NCBI GenBank assembly: GCA_021399395.1 | Contig: JAAFKJ010000002.1 | Location: 1 to 13,347, forward strand | DNA length: 13,347 bases | Direction: 5' to 3' | Source: Candidatus Heimdallarchaeota archaeon | GTDB taxonomy: Archaea > Asgardarchaeota > Heimdallarchaeia > Heimdallarchaeales > Heimdallarchaeaceae | Part shown: positions 6,845 through 13,347 of the stretch, one piece after another | Layout: each line of letters starts with the position of its first letter | How positions within the stretch are numbered: position 1 is the first letter of the stretch | Position numbers and translations under genes: made by a program | Notes under the pieces: model-generated | What the model saw: the letters and a program-made list of their open reading frames with translations, nothing else | What the model was told of the DNA's origin: nothing | Database searches by the model: none

Positions 6845-8347
6845 TTAGTCTTCGTCGTCCCCAAATTCATCTGAAAGTTGTTCATAGAACAAATCTTCTT
6901 CAGTAATTGGTTCTAACTCTCCTTCAGTAATGACACCAGGAAGTTCTTCTTCCATGAATTGTTGATCTGCTAGCATTGGGTCTAAAGCATCTTCAAATCG
7001 TTTGGAGAATCGCTCTTGAATGAACCCTATGAGAGAGGTAAGTAGTAATATGAAGATTACAATAGGAATTAGCAATAATACAACACCTTCTGGCTGTAGC
7101 ATCTCAAGGGAGTTATAAATTGGAGGTGGATATCTTAGAACAAAAAGCAAGATATCTGGATTGAGTATTGCGTACAATCCTGCGAGCATTATGAGAACTC
7201 TAAATATCACCGAAGTTAGAACGTAGACTATTGTCATAAGTGGTTTAACAGTAACTTCTGCACCAACTAGTTTCTCATCGACTCTAGGATCACTATGTAC
7301 CAAACCATCGTGGTATCTTTGTAATCTAGAAGTCAGTTTATCACGTTGTCCTCCTGGACGGGAGAAAAGTGAATCCGAAGCTTTTTCTAAGAAGTATGTC
7401 ATCCCTGCAACTCCGAATTTACGAGCAATAGAACTACCCGTTCCACCAATTGATTTTCCAGCTTGTTTTTCATCTTCTGTTTCAGCTGATTCGGTTTGTG
7501 GTTGAGCAGGGGATGTAGATGTCACACCCAATCTAAAGTCATTCAATCTATTTAGTGCCCTCAGTACACGCTGTTGTCTGCTTTGCGCAGGATTCAGTAA
7601 TTGTGAAATATACGAGATCTGTAAGGCTATCTCTAGGAACAGGTATGAAGAGAGTGCAATTAACACCACACTGTTTGAAAACAGCTCGCCTAGATTCTTT
7701 GTTGGTGAGAATCTAAAGCTAGAACTGAATAGTAGTTGTACGCTTCCATGGAAGACAATTACTTGTATACTAACAAACGCAGCTGCTGCAGAACGCATAT
7801 CAGCTCTAAACAGGAACGCTGAAAGAGATATTATTAGTAGTAGTATGAAAAACAGCATGAATGAAGCACGATTAGCTACCCGAAGAGGTTGAAGTATTTC
7901 CCCACTAAAAAGATAACCAAATGATGAGAACATATCCAAAGCTTCAGTTCCAAAGAGCAAATTACTGTCTACTCCAGATGGAGGATTAATGCTTCCAAAT
8001 AAATCACCCGTCAAGAAAGCTTTTGCACCTAACAAGAGACCACTGGCATCATTTCCTAAGAATGTAACAAATATCATCATAGGAGCTGTAAAGATTATGA
8101 TAGCTATTAGTTCTATTAGGACAAAGATAAATGAGATAGAGTCTATAAAATACCCTTCTGGAAATCTTGTAGGATCATCAAAGGCTATGAGTGTGAATAA
8201 TAACACGAGTACCCAAGCTATTGCACCAATTGCTAGTAATCTTCCAATTGTATGTGTAATTAAGGTCTGGATTCGCGCACCTCTAATCCTACTTTGAACT
8301 CCTCTTATTCCAAGGTCAATAATTCTTGTATCTGATAATGATTCCAT
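6845..8347 (-). CDS. Hypothetical polytopic membrane protein (about 6-7 TM segments, long basic loop, acidic C-terminal tail)
   Basis: 500-aa ORF. An SD GGGTGA overlapping the upstream stop lies 6 nt before the ATG. Seven hydrophobic stretches; no family motif recognised. Confidence 0.8.
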   Translation of the reverse strand: MESLSDTRIIDLGIRGVQSRIRGARIQTLITHTIGRLLAIGAIAWVLVLLFTLIAFDDPTRFPEGYFIDSISFIFVLIELIAIIIFTAPMMIFVTFLGNDASGLLLGAKAFLTGDLFGSINPPSGVDSNLLFGTEALDMFSSFGYLFSGEILQPLRVANRASFMLFFILLLIISLSAFLFRADMRSAAAAFVSIQVIVFHGSVQLLFSSSFRFSPTKNLGELFSNSVVLIALSSYLFLEIALQISYISQLLNPAQSRQQRVLRALNRLNDFRLGVTSTSPAQPQTESAETEDEKQAGKSIGGTGSSIARKFGVAGMTYFLEKASDSLFSRPGGQRDKLTSRLQRYHDGLVHSDPRVDEKLVGAEVTVKPLMTIVYVLTSVIFRVLIMLAGLYAILNPDILLFVLRYPPPIYNSLEMLQPEGVVLLLIPIVIFILLLTSLIGFIQERFSKRFEDALDPMLADQQFMEEELPGVITEGELEPITEEDLFYEQLSDEFGDDED

Positions 8348-8353
8348 ATTTTT

Positions 8354-9805
8354 TCACCCTTGTCTTTGCATCCTGTTAAATTGAGCCATTACTGTTGGCA
8401 AGAAATCATCTGGTCCAACTGAGATTGAAACAGCATCATATCTTCTGAGCATTTTGAACATGTTCTGGCGTTCTCCTAATTGTTTCTCAACCATTGCAAA
8501 ACCTATCATTTGTTCTAATGGTGAAAGTTGCTGTGAAACAATTTCAAACCAAGGTCCAAATGGAGATAATAGAGTAATATTATGCTTTCGAGCACGAGCT
8601 CTACGAATAGCTTGAACCACACGTTCAGGATGAGATTCAAGATCAGTTAAAATAACCAAATACGCAGAACGTTTAACTCTTTGGAGCACATATTCTATGG
8701 CTTTTTCAAGGTCTGATTCACCTTCAGGTTTTGTGTGAGCTAATACTTCCAAAAATTGGAACAAACGGGTTCTGGTAGAAGTGATATCTACCCAATTTTT
8801 GACTTTGTCACCATAAACACATAAACCTACAAGATCTCTCTTTTCAAATCCTAAGTGAATAAGGAGAACTGCACTTCGAATAGCATATTCCAGCTTAGTA
8901 TTTCTCGGTAAACCCGCACCCATGCTTGCTGAAGAATCGATCAAAATTATAAGACGAATATTTTCTTCAGATTCGAATTCACGAACCATCATTTTACCAG
9001 AACGAGAAAAAGCTTTCCAGTCTATAAACTTGAACGCATCACCAGTTTGATACTTTCTAATACCCCAGAACTCTGTTCCCATTCCCTTTAGCTTTGTTCT
9101 GTGCACTCCGAAAAGTAATCCTAACTGTCTTTTCTTTCCGACCATTTCCAGCTTCTTTATATCCTCATAACTTGGATACACCAATATTTCTGTCTTACTT
9201 CTTATCTTTCCTTCAGTTGCATAGAATCCCATTCGGTCTCTTATGATAACTTTAGTAGGACCAATTTCAAACAATCCTCGGATTGGTATTCTTACCACAT
9301 ACCCATAGCTAATTGTTTGTCTAGGATTCAGTTGAGTAACAATGAAGTTTTCACCTAGAACTAAATCAAATACTTCTGGAATAGCATCGTATATCTCGAT
9401 TGCAGGTAATTGGTTTACAGATTTGTTTCTTACAGTTACTTCTATGTAAACGTAATCTCCAGCAAATGCTTTTGGTTTTGATACCCTTCGTTTGATTTCA
9501 ATAGATTTTGGATTTGACCCTAGTCTATAAAATGGCAGACCTAATAATACGGAGAAGATTAACATTACTCCACCTATTATAAAGAACCAAATTAGGGTTC
9601 CAGCTCTGTCCATGTAGAAATGAAGGAAATCCATCACTCCGAATCCTTGAGAAGTTCCCGGGGCAACATAGGTATCGTTTGGTTGTGGATTAAATCCGAA
9701 CGAGTCGAACATGACGTTGATTGATAAATATCCAGCTAAGGCAAAGCCTACGCTAATCATGATGATCCCAGCAAATATCAACCATCCTCCACGACGTGTA
9801 AACAC
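8354..9805 (-). CDS. DUF58 / von Willebrand A domain protein with two N-terminal TM helices and an Ig-like segment (MoxR partner)
   Basis: GTEFWGIRKYQTGD...IDWKAFSR...VREFESE DUF58 signature, MIDAS-like IDSSASM, KLEYAI, DLVGL and ILTDL. GTG start with SD AGGTGG 5 nt upstream. Confidence 0.88.
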   Translation of the reverse strand: MFTRRGGWLIFAGIIMISVGFALAGYLSINVMFDSFGFNPQPNDTYVAPGTSQGFGVMDFLHFYMDRAGTLIWFFIIGGVMLIFSVLLGLPFYRLGSNPKSIEIKRRVSKPKAFAGDYVYIEVTVRNKSVNQLPAIEIYDAIPEVFDLVLGENFIVTQLNPRQTISYGYVVRIPIRGLFEIGPTKVIIRDRMGFYATEGKIRSKTEILVYPSYEDIKKLEMVGKKRQLGLLFGVHRTKLKGMGTEFWGIRKYQTGDAFKFIDWKAFSRSGKMMVREFESEENIRLIILIDSSASMGAGLPRNTKLEYAIRSAVLLIHLGFEKRDLVGLCVYGDKVKNWVDITSTRTRLFQFLEVLAHTKPEGESDLEKAIEYVLQRVKRSAYLVILTDLESHPERVVQAIRRARARKHNITLLSPFGPWFEIVSQQLSPLEQMIGFAMVEKQLGERQNMFKMLRRYDAVSISVGPDDFLPTVMAQFNRMQRQG

Positions 9806-9832
9806 TATTTTCCACCTATTTCCATTTTCGTT

Positions 9833-10834
9833 CTATACTGGTACAGGGAGGTTTCTCAATATTTCATTGACAACCATTGTACCTGTTGTTCCTTCTAGCT
9901 CTGCTTCAGGTTTCATTTGTAGTCTATGTGCTGTAGATACTCTTGCTATTCTCTTAATATCATCGGGAATAACATAATCTCTACCTCTCATAGCTGCAAC
10001 AGACTTTGAAGCATTTAATAAAGCGATACTACATCTTGGACTTCCTCCAAGTTGCAACCTAGGATCGGTCCTTGTTGATACTACGACATCTCTGATGTAC
10101 ACCATCAAGTCTTCATGGATGTAAATCTTGGTTTCAACAGCTTCCTTCATCTTAACGATGGTCATAGGAGTGGTAACTCGTCGGACAGATTGTCGAATTT
10201 GTTTGTGTTTAAGCCTGATAATATCCATCTCTTCTTCAGGAGAAGGTAGATCAACTAAGAGCTTAAACATGAACCTGTCAACTTGAGCTTCAGGCAAAGG
10301 ATAGGTCCCCTCCTGTTCTATGGGGTTCTGAGTCGCTATAACTAAGAATGGATCTTCCAGTTTGAAAGTTGTTCCTTCCACTGTTACTTGTTTTTCTCCC
10401 ATGGCTTCTAATAGCGCTGCTTGTGTTTTTGGAGGGCTTCTGTTAATTTCGTCTGCTAGAAGAATGTTGGTAAAGATAGGTCCTTTTCTCATTTTGAATG
10501 TTCCTGCTTTAGGATCATAAATGGTAGTACCTACAATATCTGATGGCAAAAGATCTGGTGTAAATTGCACACGCTTAAACTCACATCCTAGAGTTTGTGC
10601 AAAAGTCTTTGCCATTACTGTTTTTGCAATACCTGGTACACCTTCTAAAAGACAATGTCCTCCAGCTAGTAGTGAGATGAACATATCTTCTAGAACATCC
10701 AATTTGCCAACTATGACTCTTTTCAGTTCGCTGTATATTTCATCCCACACTCTCTTAATGTCTTTCGGAGTAACAACTGCTTCTGTAGCTGCTTTTGCTT
10801 TTCCTTTTACTTCTTCTTGTTTTTCTTCACTCAT
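9833..10834 (-). CDS. moxR: MoxR-family AAA+ ATPase (MoxR-proper type)
   Basis: Walker A GVPGIAKT, RVQFTPDLLPSDIVG, Walker B LLADEINRSPPKTQAALLEAM, ATQNPIEQEGTYPLPEAQVDRF and GSPR. ATG 10834 with an upstream GTGA is preferred over GTG 10843. Confidence 0.95.
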   Translation of the reverse strand: MSEEKQEEVKGKAKAATEAVVTPKDIKRVWDEIYSELKRVIVGKLDVLEDMFISLLAGGHCLLEGVPGIAKTVMAKTFAQTLGCEFKRVQFTPDLLPSDIVGTTIYDPKAGTFKMRKGPIFTNILLADEINRSPPKTQAALLEAMGEKQVTVEGTTFKLEDPFLVIATQNPIEQEGTYPLPEAQVDRFMFKLLVDLPSPEEEMDIIRLKHKQIRQSVRRVTTPMTIVKMKEAVETKIYIHEDLMVYIRDVVVSTRTDPRLQLGGSPRCSIALLNASKSVAAMRGRDYVIPDDIKRIARVSTAHRLQMKPEAELEGTTGTMVVNEILRNLPVPV

Positions 10835-10850
10835 TTTTTTCACATTTCCT

Positions 10851-12509
10851 TTATCTTGCTTTAGGCAATCTATCGATTAAATCTCTAATAAATGTCATAT
10901 ATTTCATGAACAGAAATTCAGGCAGGATCTTTGGTCTAGCCAAATAAGTATCTATTCTGATTAAAGTTTCAAGCAGATTCTTATGTTTCATAGAAGGATC
11001 TATCTCTATGAAGTATGCTGCCATCTCTTCTGGTGTCGACATCGATTGTTTTGTAACTCTCCTCAAATTCCTAATCAATGTTCGATGCAATAATCCCACT
11101 GCTTCACTATAAGCACCTGTTTCAACAATTCTCCGTATTTCTCTCTCAAATCTAGACTTTCCTTTTTCTCCTCTATATTTGGTCCAAAGAACTGGGGTCA
11201 ATCTTGTTTTCTTAGGTATTAGTTTGTATCCTAATACTGCAAAGATTATTGGGACAAATGGAGAGTATAATGGAAACATCGACATTTCTGTCAAAAATCT
11301 CATTATAGTCATTGAATAAACAGAAGCACTATAGAATTTCTGATGAGTATGACCTTCATCAAAAATAATTGGTGCTGACCTGGCATTACCTGTTACGTTT
11401 AAATCTTCTGTCAGATAATTGAACAGATTAAGACTAAATTGTAAATTATCATTCTCTGTAGTTTGATCTATCCATTTGTTAATGAATATATCAGGGTCTC
11501 CAATCATAACAATCTTTCCTGAGCCTATGGGAAGTGTCATAATTGGGGAGAACATAACTCCGCCCCATTCATCTGCATCTGGTGTAGCTGTTCCGTCTTT
11601 TGCTGATTGAAAATCAGATTCCATCCAAGCTGATTCAGTTGTATAAAATGGCAAAAACGGTAAGAATTGGTTTTCTATTTCCATACCAAATAGTTCTAAG
11701 GTAACTGCTTGTAAAGGCATCCAGTCTGTTCGATACGTTTTAACCGTTTCAGTTCCTCCACTGTCTAAATAATGTGGATGATGAATAGCGATACTTAATA
11801 CTGTACCAAACTCCATTTGAAGGTGAGTTACACCTGCAGTTAACGGATTGGAAGGTTCCATATTTATTAGAACGGGCTGTGCTGGATTTGTAGTATAACT
11901 ACCTGCATCCATAAGAACTGAACCATTGAACGCAAATCCTCTAAGCATGCCTAACATCTCAAACATTAGAGCTTCTTCTGTAAGACCTTCCGATTCATTT
12001 GCACCAAAACCAAACATATCCTGTAGAGAAGACATTCCTGCAACTGCAGCTACTTCTTCCCAAGTGTTAAGTATGTTAAACAACGGTTCAAAAATTTCAG
12101 CTCCCGTTCCATAATCATCCGCAACCACTAAGCTACCTCCTCTTGCTAAGAACGTTATCAATGAGATAGTATCTGTTGTTGAATATTGGGTAGCTGGACC
12201 CATAATTGCTAGAACACCTGGTTCATACACTCTATTTAGTAAAGATAAGGAAGACATACCATTAGTTATATTTGTATAGCCCTCGCTTTGGAGTGCCACA
12301 CGCAAACTAGATAATCCATCCCAATTCTCATTATATATACTAAATTTCATTCCAGCTCCACCTAAACCTACTATCCCTAGCAATATAGGTACCACTATGA
12401 TCAAGAAGAGGATAGACATCACTATCGTATATTTAGTGAAACTGAAGTTTATCCTAATCTTTCTTCTTGATTTTCTTCCTTGTCTTTGTTTGGGTTCTTG
12501 CTGGCTCAA
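10851..12509 (-). CDS. DUF4350-like membrane-anchored surface protein with a C-terminal helical cytoplasmic domain
   Basis: Basic N-terminus plus TM helix. FSIYNENWDGLSSL, FLARGGSLVVADDYG, GKIVMIGDPDIFIN and IIFDEGH are typical of DUF4350/GATase-like-fold proteins of MoxR clusters. A second TM lies near residues 405-430. TTG start. Confidence 0.75.
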   Translation of the reverse strand: MSQQEPKQRQGRKSRRKIRINFSFTKYTIVMSILFLIIVVPILLGIVGLGGAGMKFSIYNENWDGLSSLRVALQSEGYTNITNGMSSLSLLNRVYEPGVLAIMGPATQYSTTDTISLITFLARGGSLVVADDYGTGAEIFEPLFNILNTWEEVAAVAGMSSLQDMFGFGANESEGLTEEALMFEMLGMLRGFAFNGSVLMDAGSYTTNPAQPVLINMEPSNPLTAGVTHLQMEFGTVLSIAIHHPHYLDSGGTETVKTYRTDWMPLQAVTLELFGMEIENQFLPFLPFYTTESAWMESDFQSAKDGTATPDADEWGGVMFSPIMTLPIGSGKIVMIGDPDIFINKWIDQTTENDNLQFSLNLFNYLTEDLNVTGNARSAPIIFDEGHTHQKFYSASVYSMTIMRFLTEMSMFPLYSPFVPIIFAVLGYKLIPKKTRLTPVLWTKYRGEKGKSRFEREIRRIVETGAYSEAVGLLHRTLIRNLRRVTKQSMSTPEEMAAYFIEIDPSMKHKNLLETLIRIDTYLARPKILPEFLFMKYMTFIRDLIDRLPKAR

Positions 12510-12897
12510 CTACTTCTACACCCTGTTCTCTTATTCCTCTGAAACAGATATCTAATCTCTGGACTGCTTCTTGGTAATCATCGTATGATATCTCAGCGTC
12601 AGTATATCTTGCAATCTCAAATGAAGTAAGGTATTCATCCATAACTTCATGTGAAATATTCGCTCTATCTGCTACTTGGAATCCAAATTCTCTACCTGTT
12701 TGGTAAGGAGCTCGAGCTAATTCAAGAAGTCCGTCAGCGATATTTGTTAAACCACCAAAAGAGGCTATAACTGCGCCTTTGTAATCTTGTCTCTGCTCAA
12801 AAATTCGAACATCAGCCATAACTGATGTAAACATCTGGTTCAAAGCTTTTACTTGCTTTCTTCTTTTAAAGAATCCAAAGAATCCACTATGACTCAA
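12454..12897 (-). CDS. Stand-alone DUF4129-like protein
   Basis: YQTGREF...FEIARY...EIS motif typical of DUF4129. TTG start with SD AGGTGA 8 nt upstream. Overlaps both neighbours. Confidence 0.7.
   Translation of the reverse strand: MSHSGFFGFFKRRKQVKALNQMFTSVMADVRIFEQRQDYKGAVIASFGGLTNIADGLLELARAPYQTGREFGFQVADRANISHEVMDEYLTSFEIARYTDAEISYDDYQEAVQRLDICFRGIREQGVEVVEPARTQTKTRKKIKKKD
12868..12885. repeat. Perfect 9-bp tandem duplication (AAAGAATCC x2) encoding GFF-GFF
   Basis: Read directly at 12868-12876 and 12877-12885. Confidence 0.8.
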
Positions 12898-13345
12898 TTT
12901 TCATTTCACCTATTTCTATTTTATCTACTAGTTTTAATAAAGCACGTACGCCTGTGTTGAAATCTTTCTCGGTGATTTCTTCGTGACCATAACGTGCCAT
13001 TTCGAAATACAACAATAGAGTATTGACGAGTTCACTCTCAATCTTTCCTCTATATGCTAATAATCTTGCAAATTCTGTAGGAGTCTGACTCCTATATCTT
13101 GGTAGATCATAGAATTCTCTACCGATTCCCTCCAAAACACTCCAACTTTTAAGTAAGCCATCTTTATATCTCCCTTCTAAACCATCCTTCTTGATCTCCT
13201 CAATAATTTCACGAAGATAATCTTGTAATCTTCGTTTGAATGTTTGTTTTTTAGCGTAAGTTTTGATTGTGTGTCTATTAAACCATAAGAACAATCCAGC
13301 TAGAAGAACTACAATTCCTCCAACTACTCCCCCAATAATGGCACC
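12887..13345 (-). CDS. C-terminal part of a membrane protein: Gly-rich TM helix followed by a DUF4129-like domain (5'-truncated at window edge)
   Basis: The frame stays open beyond the ORF-track start at 13294 up to the window edge, giving GAIIGGVVGGIVVLLAGLFLWFNRH. This is followed by RSQTPTEF...FEMARYGHEEIT. Confidence 0.8.
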   Translation of the reverse strand, partial: GAIIGGVVGGIVVLLAGLFLWFNRHTIKTYAKKQTFKRRLQDYLREIIEEIKKDGLEGRYKDGLLKSWSVLEGIGREFYDLPRYRSQTPTEFARLLAYRGKIESELVNTLLLYFEMARYGHEEITEKDFNTGVRALLKLVDKIEIGEMKIES

Positions 13346-13347
13346 TA

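Noticed and set aside
1403-8356. Selenocysteine read-through at TGA stops (cofG, DUF58 gene)
   Set aside because: The proteins are full length at these stops, the next genes begin there, and no SECIS-like hairpin was recognised.
7989-12114. Plus-strand ORFs at 7989, 9711, 10521 and 11926
   Set aside because: Antisense to well-supported genes, with no independent signals.
12887-12903. Frameshift-split single gene joining the two DUF4129-like ORFs
   Set aside because: The downstream ORF has its own SD and TTG, with an in-frame TGA at 12901-12903 just upstream. Each ORF has a complete module.

Overview
Low-GC archaeal window with GGTGA-type Shine-Dalgarno sites and T-tract terminators. The divergent EF-2 suggests an Asgard archaeon or a similar lineage, but this is inference. 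There are three blocks. (1) A tightly overlapping minus-strand operon of amidohydrolase, pyrimidine reductase (ArfC/RibD-C type), cofG and cofH makes the deazaflavin FO. The amidohydrolase is a good contextual candidate for the unassigned archaeal riboflavin/F420-pathway pyrimidine deaminase. (2) A stand-alone, divergently transcribed EF-2-family GTPase has altered diphthamide-loop and domain III/IV motifs and is probably the archaeal EF-2 paralog (aEF-2p). (3) A minus-strand MoxR AAA+/DUF58-vWA cluster contains a DUF4350-like surface protein, three DUF4129-like helical modules and an unknown polytopic membrane protein, and is truncated at the right edge. A small Cys-containing ORF is truncated at the left edge. 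I saw no RNA genes, CRISPR arrays or mobile elements. All family assignments come from motif recognition by eye, not database searches.
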